Origin: a virus
Taxonomy: Duplodnaviria > Caudoviricetes
Strand: one strand, 5' to 3'
IMG/VR virus record: IMGVR_UViG_3300032087_002848
Location: 1-55,797 of that record
DNA: 55,797 nucleotides
Part shown: positions 34,835 through 43,389 of the stretch, piece after piece
How the letters are laid out: each line of letters opens with the position of its first letter
Position numbering within the stretch: position 1 is the first letter of the stretch
Translations under genes and position numbers: made by a program
The notes under the pieces: generated by a model
What the model was told of the DNA's origin: nothing
Databases searched by the model: none
What the model saw: the letters and a program-made list of their open reading frames with translations, nothing else

Positions 34835-35085
34835 TAGTCCTCACCACCTAGTGCCGCATAGCCACAAATATCAATCCAACTGTCTAAATGATTGGTTTTC
34901 ATCAACCGTGCGGCTTTAACCATGATCATGCAGAGAGCCACCTGCTCTAGGGTGACTTCTTTTTCTAAAATAACCGACCAAAGGTCAGCGATGTCCTGAA
35001 GGTTCTTCTGAGCATCGCCATACTCTTTGGCACGGTCTCCATTAATTAGATTTTCCGCTGTTTGCAGAATCTCTTCACGCTTCAT
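34834..35085 (-). CDS. DUF6378-like protein
   Basis: LINGDRAKEYG..IA.LWS..VALCM..K.AR..DSWIDICGYAALG. Confidence 0.7.
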   Translation of the reverse strand: MKREEILQTAENLINGDRAKEYGDAQKNLQDIADLWSVILEKEVTLEQVALCMIMVKAARLMKTNHLDSWIDICGYAALGGED

Positions 35086-35422
35086 TATTTTTTCCTTTGT
35101 ATATTTTGCTCTTCCACTGACACACGTAATTGATGTGCGTGTGCATCGTCGTAGGGACCATCATGCCTACTTTTTCTGTCCACCCACGTTTCCTCAAAGA
35201 TACAACCATCGCGCCCCACACATTGTGGTGGTGTGGTTCTGGCATCCCTTGTTCTCTACAGAAGGCACAAAGCTGACCGCCATCAAAAAACTTATTCTTG
35301 TTAAGAAATTTTAAGGCGTTGTCATAATACATCTTCTTCCAGTCGTCGTCAGCCGCGACATAGCTACGAGTTATCTCTGTTTTAATGAACTCCTCACGAT
35401 CAAATAATTCTTCCTGTGTCAT
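35075..35422 (-). CDS. Hypothetical protein
   Basis: PHHHNVWGA motif; coupled. Confidence 0.55.
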   Translation of the reverse strand: MTQEELFDREEFIKTEITRSYVAADDDWKKMYYDNALKFLNKNKFFDGGQLCAFCREQGMPEPHHHNVWGAMVVSLRKRGWTEKVGMMVPTTMHTHINYVCQWKSKIYKGKNNEA

Positions 35423-36936
35423 ATCCAGTAACTCCTCATTGTGTCATCTGGTTCAACTAAGTAGAGATTTTTCTTGGTCCGGGTGACCCCTACGTAAAAC
35501 ACCCGGTGCAAGTCGTCAGGAGCCGTCTCAGAGGCCTTTTGAGCCGCTGGTGATAGATCGGTATACAAGACGACGTTGTCGGCTTCCCCGCCCTTAGATC
35601 CGTGAATCGTGGACAGTGCTATGCGGGGGATTGCGTTAAACTTTTCCCCGCGTCGTAAGAGGGCCGTGATGTACGCTCTTTCGCCGCTGGGAAGTTTATC
35701 CATTGCCTCATGCCATATCATTTCATCCGTGGCTAAGAGACCGTGATCTTTTTGCAACACATCGAGGGTGACAGTGTCATCATCATCGAGAGTAGGAAGC
35801 TTTTTAAAGCCCCGCTTGACGCGATCATTGACAGACATATAACTGTAAATGGCTCGTGCGGCCTCGCCCGTGATGCTTCTACCTTTTCTCAGTTGCTCCC
35901 AACCGTTGATGGCCTCGCTCAACTTCTCCGAGATAGACCGTCTTCCGTTACGACTGTACAGGTAGCCCCGGCTCTTCAGGTCCTGTGTGGCGGCATCTAG
36001 AAAATATCCGGCTTGAGCTAGCACGAGCCACGATCCTTCAGAGAAATCTATATAGCTTGTACTAGGTATCCGTTGGACGCTGCCCGGATCTTTGCGGGGC
36101 AGATAGGTCTTTGGTACGCGGCGCGCGATGCGCTTTGCGATGCCTTCGGCTAGCGGGTGTACTGTAGCTGGTACGCGGTAGGATTGCTCTAGCACCTCGT
36201 ATCCACCATTGAGACCTATGAAATGCTCTACGTCTGCTCCGGCCCATCTATAGATAGCTTGATCGTCGTCGCCCGCGCAGTAGATGCGGTCAGAGTGCTG
36301 CTCTAGTACGTGGGCCACGTCCCATTGTAGGGGCGACAGGTCCTGTGCTTCGTCTATGAAGGTAATTGCTAGCCGTGGGCAGAAGTCTGCACCGTCACGC
36401 ACGAAAACTTCCAGCATGTCGGTGAAATCATACAGGTTAAACCTGTTCTTATATTCATTCATACTGTCGGAGACATATTTAATCGTGCTCCACGGTATGT
36501 TCATGTTGCTGTCGTTGTACTGTTGACGCAGGTCCACCTTGCGAAGACGTGCTAAGTTAATTAGCCCGATAATGGGGTTGTTGTTTTTGTTTAAGTCAAA
36601 AGCGTCTTCAGTGCTGGTGTCGGTAACCAGATCGTATCCAAGCGCATAACCCAGCTCTTTATAGTGTTCCGACTGCATAATCTGTTCTTGCCGGATGCCA
36701 CTTAGCTTGAGAGCAAAACTGTGAAGGGTCCTAAACCAAGGCAGTTGCGTTTTTTCTAGATTAAATCGCTGGCAAGCCCTGTCTATAGCCTCGTTTGCTG
36801 CCTGTCTGGTAAAGGCGAAGTACCCGATGTGAGCGGGATTAACACCTGCCGTGAGGGCCTCATCTACTTTGTTAAGCAGCGCGGTGGTCTTACCCGTTCC
36901 GGGTGGACCGTATATGCGGAATATCTTAGTATCCAT
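35419..36936 (-). CDS. UvrD/Rep-like SF1 helicase
   Basis: GPPGTGKT, TLHSF, IDEAQD, GDDDQAIY, STIHGSKGGE and YVGVTR motifs. Confidence 0.9.
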   Translation of the reverse strand: MDTKIFRIYGPPGTGKTTALLNKVDEALTAGVNPAHIGYFAFTRQAANEAIDRACQRFNLEKTQLPWFRTLHSFALKLSGIRQEQIMQSEHYKELGYALGYDLVTDTSTEDAFDLNKNNNPIIGLINLARLRKVDLRQQYNDSNMNIPWSTIKYVSDSMNEYKNRFNLYDFTDMLEVFVRDGADFCPRLAITFIDEAQDLSPLQWDVAHVLEQHSDRIYCAGDDDQAIYRWAGADVEHFIGLNGGYEVLEQSYRVPATVHPLAEGIAKRIARRVPKTYLPRKDPGSVQRIPSTSYIDFSEGSWLVLAQAGYFLDAATQDLKSRGYLYSRNGRRSISEKLSEAINGWEQLRKGRSITGEAARAIYSYMSVNDRVKRGFKKLPTLDDDDTVTLDVLQKDHGLLATDEMIWHEAMDKLPSGERAYITALLRRGEKFNAIPRIALSTIHGSKGGEADNVVLYTDLSPAAQKASETAPDDLHRVFYVGVTRTKKNLYLVEPDDTMRSYWI

Positions 36937-37273
36937 CAGGTAACTCAAAACCATGTTTGCCTAACTTTGTTTTAATCTCCTGCAAACGGACCTTTCCTAA
37001 GTTTGGTATTCGGCGTAGATCGTTTGTTCTGGCGTATTCAACAAACTCCGCTAAAAACATTTTTGTAAGATTTTCGTTACGTAGGCAGTTACCTGTCCCT
37101 CGAGTCCAATGAATGTTGCGGATCACGACAGGCATAGCCACCGTATCTACTATTTGTCGTACTCGCTCACGACTAATACCGTGTTTATTTGCGATTGCTT
37201 GCAGAGTACGCTGTTCAAACACACGCTCCCGCCAGATTTGATGATCTCTTGGAACAAAAGCCATAATCGACAT
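36926..37273 (-). CDS. Sigma70 region-4 HTH fused to an RNA polymerase alpha-CTD-like domain
   Basis: TLQAIANKHGISRERVRQI; NCLRNE...LRRIPNLGKVRLQEIK. Confidence 0.7.
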   Translation of the reverse strand: MSIMAFVPRDHQIWRERVFEQRTLQAIANKHGISRERVRQIVDTVAMPVVIRNIHWTRGTGNCLRNENLTKMFLAEFVEYARTNDLRRIPNLGKVRLQEIKTKLGKHGFELPDGY

Positions 37274-37296
37274 CTATCCATTCTCCGCTGATGACA

Positions 37297-38838
37297 TTAA
37301 AAGGGTGCCTCCGTCTGACCACCACCAAAGCTTGGGGTGTTAAACTCCACCTCGACACTATCAAAAGAAGGTATTTGCCATACGCGCACAGGCCGTCCTT
37401 TTATTTTGAGGACCGTGCTTTCGCCGCCCCTATCTCGCAGACGCTGGGCTATCTTGTGAGATTTGTATTCAAAGAACTTGTTACGTTTTAAGAAGGCCTC
37501 AAAGTCTTTGAGCCGGAACATGGTTTGTCCGGACTCCTCATCTGTCCAAGGCCGCTTGAGAAGGATTTCTTCTCTATCGTTGGCCTTCTGTAAGTGGACG
37601 CAGAACTCTTCAAGATAATCGTAGAATTGGCCGCTGATGCTGGCATCTTCTGCCACCTCTATGATAGCGCTCTCGTTATCCTTCATTTCATTAAGCAGAC
37701 TACCTATACGGCTTTCCCAAACAGGTTTAGCTACGGAGCGAGGCATGAAGTTCAACTGCTCCATGCAGGCCTTCTGAAAAGTAGGCTGGTTCATCAAGCC
37801 CTCGGTATCTAACTCCAGCGGCTCTCCGTTTACATCCAGAAACCAGACAGGTGGGTTGGAATTATATTTCCGCAGATTAGCTATGGCTGCACCTTGAACC
37901 GCGGCCCCTATGCCGTGCTTACGGGTCTGACATAATTCTTTATTGCAGTGCGCGTTTATCGGAGCGTCCGCGCATTTATAGGCGTATTCTTTCTTGTTAA
38001 GTTGATTCGCAACTATGTTGACCTCGCTCAAGGGCAGCGGCGGCACTAGATATTGCATATTGTAAGTCAGGATTTCGGACTCCCAGCTATCTGGGTAGGC
38101 CTTGCGTAGGTAAACACCTATGTTGAATAGGCCGTTGTTGCGTCCGCCCTCGCTGATCTTATTCCGCATAAGAAATTGCAAGCATGGTGGTCCGTCTTTC
38201 AGGTCCCCGGCCTCGGCTTCTTCGCCTATCTGTAGCTTGAGCAACTGCTCCGGCGTCTGCTTATACTTCTCGTATAGCTCAATAAACTCTGATAATTCTG
38301 CGGAGCTGCCATCATCCTTGATAGCGTAGCGCAACCCATCCTCTGCATCATAGTAAGGCAGGTTCAGGAAGTTACCCACGTCATCGCGGTCTAGCCGTAG
38401 ACGCACCTGTTTTGGAAATATCTCGCTGCCGCCGTATCCCAGCGCTGCGGATATCTGTTGCAGGGTGGCCTGCATATCTTTGGCATCTACCCACTCTGTG
38501 GTGAATAGGAAACAATGAGCACCGCCCGATTTAGAGCGACACACAACTAACGGAAGCTCTAGCTTCCTAATCTTCTCAACTAAAACCTTGTGATCTAACG
38601 GATACTGATCAACATCAACACAACCCCAGACACACTGGTTATCTTCGTTAATCGGGATAATACCAATGCCCCGGCCTTTGCCGGACAAATGGCCTTCCCA
38701 AAGGGCCGTGGTCCGCGGTTCGCGTACAATGGCGGCTCGTCCGGTATTCTTACCGTTGGCCTGCTTCTTCTCTACTTTATATGTGCCATAAGCTAACTGT
38801 AGCCCGTTAAATATGGCAGAAAACTTTTCAACAGACAT
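37297..38838 (-). CDS. DNA primase (AEP-like catalytic domain plus PriCT-like domain)
   Basis: WGCVDVD, RSKSGGAH, EIFPKQ, PPC and EGGRNNGLF motifs. Confidence 0.75.
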   Translation of the reverse strand: MSVEKFSAIFNGLQLAYGTYKVEKKQANGKNTGRAAIVREPRTTALWEGHLSGKGRGIGIIPINEDNQCVWGCVDVDQYPLDHKVLVEKIRKLELPLVVCRSKSGGAHCFLFTTEWVDAKDMQATLQQISAALGYGGSEIFPKQVRLRLDRDDVGNFLNLPYYDAEDGLRYAIKDDGSSAELSEFIELYEKYKQTPEQLLKLQIGEEAEAGDLKDGPPCLQFLMRNKISEGGRNNGLFNIGVYLRKAYPDSWESEILTYNMQYLVPPLPLSEVNIVANQLNKKEYAYKCADAPINAHCNKELCQTRKHGIGAAVQGAAIANLRKYNSNPPVWFLDVNGEPLELDTEGLMNQPTFQKACMEQLNFMPRSVAKPVWESRIGSLLNEMKDNESAIIEVAEDASISGQFYDYLEEFCVHLQKANDREEILLKRPWTDEESGQTMFRLKDFEAFLKRNKFFEYKSHKIAQRLRDRGGESTVLKIKGRPVRVWQIPSFDSVEVEFNTPSFGGGQTEAPF

Positions 38839-38848
38839 GGTTGCTCCC

Positions 38849-38885
38849 CAAAAAAGGAGGGATGACGCTATAACGCCATCCCCCT
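38849..38885 (-). terminator. Terminator after the SSB-like gene
   Basis: GGGGATG(G)CG hairpin plus U-tract. Confidence 0.55.
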
Positions 38886-38890
38886 ACACC

Positions 38891-39679
38891 TTAGAACGGT
38901 ACGTCGTCGGAGAGGTCTCCGCCAGCATTATCGTCCTGATGCTTAACAACCACATCACCTGATTGAATACTTGCGTTGAAGTCCTTGGCTCGGATATAGA
39001 GTGCCATATCCTGTACAGGCCCTTCGCGGCTCATCTCCCAACCGTGCCAGCTACCTTTGCTGTTTTCCTCAAGATTGGTCTTCAGAACATATACGTGACT
39101 AAATCGAGGCGGTGTGAACGGCCCGTTTTTGCCCTGCATAGTCAGCGAAGAGATCATGCTGTTCCATTTACGGGACTTTTTAAGCTGCGTTGATTTCATA
39201 GCAATCAAAGCAGTTTCTGCCGACCCGTCCGGGTTTAGCACAATAACGAAGTGCTGGTGCGTCTCTTCAATGTATTGACCAGAACCGTCTGTCACATAGT
39301 CCCGGTTATCATCAGGGGAGCGCTCTGTTTTCGGTCTAGCTTCTCCCGGAGCATAGATAGCCGTCGGAGCGCCCGTTCCCTCGCCTCTAGGAGCCCATTG
39401 TATGAAGCGCCGCTGGTAGGCTACCGGAATTACTCGTATGCCCTCCTTGCCCTTGTAAACGCCTCCTGTGACGGTGTTATAGATGTCTCCTTTTTTAGCA
39501 TCATCTAGGTCATCTAATTCCCTGCTCATGCCGCCTAAAATTTTCAGGAACGGCAGCGCAAGATCTTCTTGACCCATGTTTTCAAGACCGGTGCCTGCAT
39601 CTGCTTCAAACATAGAGGCATCGAACTGTACAATTTCAGCAGTTTTTTGCTCTGCTACAGCATTTTTCTTATCAGCCAT
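38891..39679 (-). CDS. Putative single-stranded DNA-binding protein
   Basis: Acidic C-terminus ending DDVPF; replication module. Confidence 0.55.
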   Translation of the reverse strand: MADKKNAVAEQKTAEIVQFDASMFEADAGTGLENMGQEDLALPFLKILGGMSRELDDLDDAKKGDIYNTVTGGVYKGKEGIRVIPVAYQRRFIQWAPRGEGTGAPTAIYAPGEARPKTERSPDDNRDYVTDGSGQYIEETHQHFVIVLNPDGSAETALIAMKSTQLKKSRKWNSMISSLTMQGKNGPFTPPRFSHVYVLKTNLEENSKGSWHGWEMSREGPVQDMALYIRAKDFNASIQSGDVVVKHQDDNAGGDLSDDVPF

Positions 39680-39681
39680 TA

Positions 39682-40260
39682 TTATTTACTCCCTTTCACA
39701 ACGGCTCGTTGTCCAACGTAAGCTCCAAAAAGACTCATGGGAAACTCTTCACCACTCTCTACCCGCTCTTTGACAAATGCACGGAGCGTCTGAGGGTGAA
39801 TTTCGGTTTTCTGTTCGGCAAAGAAGCCTTCGTTTTCAGCAAAAGCTTTAAAAGCTGATGCTTTGTCGTCTTCTCCGCGTCCAAACTGACAGGCCACCGT
39901 GTTTTTGATGATGTCATCATAGCCATTTTCGCGTAGCCACTCGTAAGCAGCCGGGCGATTATCAACTAAAATGCTTGCCCCATAAGTTTGTTTGACGGTG
40001 ACCTCCGAGCCGTCATCTAGTTTCATGCTTGATAGCCCGATTTCGGCAAGCATGGTTGGCAGGTCCTCATCCGTCATCTTCAACAGAGCTTTCTTTTCGT
40101 CCTTGAGCTTTTGCTCAAGTTCGCTAACTACTCTCTCTTTGTCACGGATTGCTCTTGCCATACCGGCAACCGTAGTAAGGTCACCCTGATCCAGTTTTTC
40201 AACTGAGGAAGCCAGACTTTCTTCAAAGTCCTGTTCCATTTGATCGAAAATATCGCTCAT
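39682..40260 (-). CDS. Conserved replication-module protein
   Basis: WLRENGYDDIIKN and IHPQTLRAFVKE motifs. Confidence 0.55.
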   Translation of the reverse strand: MSDIFDQMEQDFEESLASSVEKLDQGDLTTVAGMARAIRDKERVVSELEQKLKDEKKALLKMTDEDLPTMLAEIGLSSMKLDDGSEVTVKQTYGASILVDNRPAAYEWLRENGYDDIIKNTVACQFGRGEDDKASAFKAFAENEGFFAEQKTEIHPQTLRAFVKERVESGEEFPMSLFGAYVGQRAVVKGSK

Positions 40261-40299
40261 CGCGGTTCTCCTTTCGTCGTTAAAGACACCTTTCGGGTC

Positions 40300-40340
40300 T
40301 TGACATAATCATATATATGCCCACATAATCTTATGGTCAA
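40300..40340. promoter_or_regulatory. Overlapping divergent sigma70-like promoters
   Basis: + strand TTGACA-N18-CATAAT; - strand TTGACC-N17-TATATA. Confidence 0.6.
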
Positions 40341-40350
40341 GGAGAAATTG

Positions 40351-41799
40351 ATGCAAGGTTATAAGTTCAAGACCAAGCCGTTCGATCACCAGCATAAAGC
40401 CTTAGAAGATTCGTGGGCCGCGAACTTTTATGCGCTGTTCATGGAGATGGGAACAGGCAAGTCTAAAGTGGCTATTGACACTATTGGCGCACTTTATAAG
40501 GCAAACAAAATTAAAGCGGCACTGATCTTGGCACCAAAAGGCGTGTATGACAACTGGGTAAAGGGAGAAATACCAACACATTTACCGGACGACATTGATC
40601 GGCAGGTGGTGCGTTGGACGCCGTCCACGTCGCAGAAGTTTCAGGAAGAGATGAAAGCGCTGGTGTACGAGCCTTTTGACGGCATCAAGATTTTCGTAAT
40701 GAACATAGAAGCGTTGTCCACGCCGCGTGGTACGAAGGCCGCGTATGTCTTCCTGACGAAAAACCCCAACAACATTATGATTGTGGACGAGAGCACGACT
40801 ATTAAGAACAGAAAAGCGACACGCACAAAAAACGTGATGATGCTTGCGGATGAAGCTAAATACCGCCGCATCTTAACAGGGTCTCCTGTCACCAAGTCTC
40901 CTATGGATCTATATAGTCAGTGTGCGGTCCTATCCCCGAAAGCACTAGGTTTTAACAGCTACTACGCTTTTCAGAACCGTTATGCTTTGGTTCAAAAGCG
41001 TAAGATGGGTACTCGTGCTTTCCAAGAAATCGTCGGCTATCGGCGGTTAGATGAACTAAACAGCAAGCTAGACCGCTTCAGTAACCGCATCCTCAAAGAG
41101 GAGTGCCTTGATCTGCCGGACAAGATGTACATCCGCCGGGATGTAGCTCTGACAGATGAGCAAAAACGTGTTTACTTGCAAATGAAAAAGTTAGCTCTGG
41201 CTAAACTAGAGAATGGAGAGCTAGCTACAACAGCTAGTGTCCTGACGCAGATTATGCGTCTTCAACAGATATGTTGTGGTTTCCTCCAGCCCGATGACGG
41301 CGAGATCCAGACCTTGGATAACAACCGCTTGAAGGAGCTGCTGGAAATCACCGACGAGTTACAGGGAAAAGCTATCATTTGGGCGTCATATACACACGAC
41401 ATCCAACAGATAGCTTCGGCCCTGCGCGACCGCTTTGGGCCCGAGGCGGTCGCAACTTATTATGGGGATACCCCGCAAGACGAACGGCAGGCTATTGTCG
41501 AAAAGTTCCAAGACAAAGATAGCCCGCTTCGTTTCTTTGTTGGGCAACCACGAACAGGCGGTTATGGTATTACACTAACAGCCGCAAATACGACAGTTTA
41601 TTACAGTAATAGCTACGATCTTGAAATAAGATTACAAAGTGAGGACCGCGCACACCGGATTGGGCAGCGCAACAAGGTAACTTATATCGATCTGGTATCA
41701 CCCGATACTATCGACGAAAAGATACTTATAGCGTTGCGGGGCAAAATAGATTTAGCTGGTAAGGTGCTGGGTGAAGAGGCTAAGAACTGGTTACTTTAG
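40351..41799 (+). CDS. SNF2-family SF2 helicase
   Basis: MEMGTGKS, VDEST, LTGSP, GYGITLT and QSEDRAHRIGQ motifs; AAGGAG RBS before ATG 40351. Confidence 0.9.
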   Translation: MQGYKFKTKPFDHQHKALEDSWAANFYALFMEMGTGKSKVAIDTIGALYKANKIKAALILAPKGVYDNWVKGEIPTHLPDDIDRQVVRWTPSTSQKFQEEMKALVYEPFDGIKIFVMNIEALSTPRGTKAAYVFLTKNPNNIMIVDESTTIKNRKATRTKNVMMLADEAKYRRILTGSPVTKSPMDLYSQCAVLSPKALGFNSYYAFQNRYALVQKRKMGTRAFQEIVGYRRLDELNSKLDRFSNRILKEECLDLPDKMYIRRDVALTDEQKRVYLQMKKLALAKLENGELATTASVLTQIMRLQQICCGFLQPDDGEIQTLDNNRLKELLEITDELQGKAIIWASYTHDIQQIASALRDRFGPEAVATYYGDTPQDERQAIVEKFQDKDSPLRFFVGQPRTGGYGITLTAANTTVYYSNSYDLEIRLQSEDRAHRIGQRNKVTYIDLVSPDTIDEKILIALRGKIDLAGKVLGEEAKNWLL

Positions 41800-42207
41800 G
41801 GGTAAGTAAGCCCCTATTCCGCTTAACATAGCCGGTACATAACCCCCTTGAGCAAAGCCGAAGCTACCAAAGTTGTATTGCTGCGGATTGCGGACCACAT
41901 TCAAAGCTGTAGTCATCATGTCTCGATTACGCTCGGCACGTCGCTGCGCGTCCGCTTGAAATTGATCGACATCTTCTTGTGTAAAAGACGGGCCAGTAGG
42001 AGCCGTTGGCTCTACCCCAGTAAATTCTTCTGTTCTGGGGCCCGCGTTGTACTCTTCGATTTGCCTGTTAAAAGCATCTACGTTGGCTTGATATTGGTCG
42101 TAGGCCGTGTTGTATGCGTCGATTGCATTTTGATAGGTATCCATCTGAGCTAAATCCTCAGAGGTATACCGTGCAGGCAGGAATATGGTTCCCATTGGTA
42201 AAGGCAT
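41791..42207 (-). CDS. Putative internal virion protein
   Basis: Coiled coil; FAQGG motif; last gene of the ejection operon. Confidence 0.5.
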   Translation of the reverse strand: MPLPMGTIFLPARYTSEDLAQMDTYQNAIDAYNTAYDQYQANVDAFNRQIEEYNAGPRTEEFTGVEPTAPTGPSFTQEDVDQFQADAQRRAERNRDMMTTALNVVRNPQQYNFGSFGFAQGGYVPAMLSGIGAYLPLK

Positions 42208-42209
42208 AA

Positions 42210-42944
42210 TTACCTCCGTAACAGGCTACCGACGCCGCCAAGGGGTATCGAGTAACCCATTGTAGGGCCAGCCAGCCCGACGCCTGCCCCGAACGTGCCT
42301 CCAAATGCGGGCGTTGTAAAACCAATTCCACCTACCGCAGGAACCGCTCCGACGCTGAACGGAACCTCAGCTATCTCGAAAGAGGGTTTATTAAAAGAAG
42401 TAGTGGCTTGTTCTCTAGCCGCTTGTGGGGTTACCGGAACAGGTGAAGGCGCTAACGAAGGCGCTAATGCACGATCAATTGCGTTTGCTGATAAAAAACT
42501 AAGATCTTGTCTACCAGATACGGCTGGCATCAGTCCGGGTTGTTGTTGTGCTTGATTTTTTGCAGCGATTTCTTCTGCGACAGTAAAAGGATTATAACTT
42601 GGTGTGGACGCAACAGGAGCACGGTTCCCTATCTCCGCAAAAGTATCTACCGGAGAAATCGCGCTTATTTCCGCAAAAGTATCAACAGAGGGGGTCGCGG
42701 CTGCTGGAGCCGCAGAATAGCTGTCTACACTACCAAACATGTCGGAGTAGCTATTATCAGGAGCCGCAGAATAGCTATCTGCGCTACCAAACATGTCGGA
42801 GTAGCTATTATCAGGAGAACCGCCGCCACCGCCGTCGTCTCCGCCGTCACCACCAAAAAGACCGAACTTGCTTTCAAATTCGTCTACGTGCTCAAAATCA
42901 TTATGTAGCCCGTCTGACCATCTCTTCTTAAACAGCACAGGCAT
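42210..42944 (-). CDS. Putative internal virion protein; candidate acyltransferase substrate
   Basis: Leader then SKFGLFGGDGGDDGGGGG; low-complexity repeats; Gly-rich hydrophobic C-terminus. Confidence 0.5.
   Translation of the reverse strand: MPVLFKKRWSDGLHNDFEHVDEFESKFGLFGGDGGDDGGGGGSPDNSYSDMFGSADSYSAAPDNSYSDMFGSVDSYSAAPAAATPSVDTFAEISAISPVDTFAEIGNRAPVASTPSYNPFTVAEEIAAKNQAQQQPGLMPAVSGRQDLSFLSANAIDRALAPSLAPSPVPVTPQAAREQATTSFNKPSFEIAEVPFSVGAVPAVGGIGFTTPAFGGTFGAGVGLAGPTMGYSIPLGGVGSLLRR
42706..42817. repeat. 2 x 54-bp tandem repeat encoding PDNSYSDMFGSxDSYSAA
   Basis: Seen directly. Confidence 0.85.
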
Positions 42945-43389
42945 ATCTCCTTATATCAAGCTCGGACTGTACGCCCGTGGCATACCCAACACGCTTTCCC
43001 TTCATCTGACGGATAAAATAAGCCCCGTCATAAGGATAGGTTTCAAGATAGCGCTCCGTCAGTTTCTTTTGTGTAAATCGTGCCACTTCATAAGCGTTCT
43101 GATATGGCGCAATGAAATCTATCACATACATCGTACCATCTCTTGGTCCATTACTCCAGATCGATGCTGGTAGTTTACTAGAACCATCCCTGTATCCCTG
43201 CGCCACATCTTTAGGGAGGAAGGCGTGTGTAAAAAGACCCACGGGCCGTGGTGCGTAGGGCGCGGGCTTATACAGGATGTCCATCTTCCCGTGTGCGATA
43301 GCCGGTACAATTAAGCGATCAAGATCGTGAATATACCAATCACGGTGAAATTCAGATTTCAGCATCAATTTTATGGCGTCGGAGATCAT
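42928..43389 (-). CDS. hlyC: RTX toxin-activating lysine acyltransferase (HlyC/RtxC, TAAT family)
   Basis: SEFHRDW (cf. HlyC SPLHRNW), IVPAI (VLPAI), PVG (PVA), VIDFIAPY (FIDWIAPF), FIR (AIR). Confidence 0.8.
   Translation of the reverse strand: MISDAIKLMLKSEFHRDWYIHDLDRLIVPAIAHGKMDILYKPAPYAPRPVGLFTHAFLPKDVAQGYRDGSSKLPASIWSNGPRDGTMYVIDFIAPYQNAYEVARFTQKKLTERYLETYPYDGAYFIRQMKGKRVGYATGVQSELDIRRYACAV

Noticed and set aside
42706-42817. Possible CRISPR array or DGR template/variable repeat
   Set aside because: Contiguous in-frame tandem repeat with no spacers; no cas or reverse transcriptase gene
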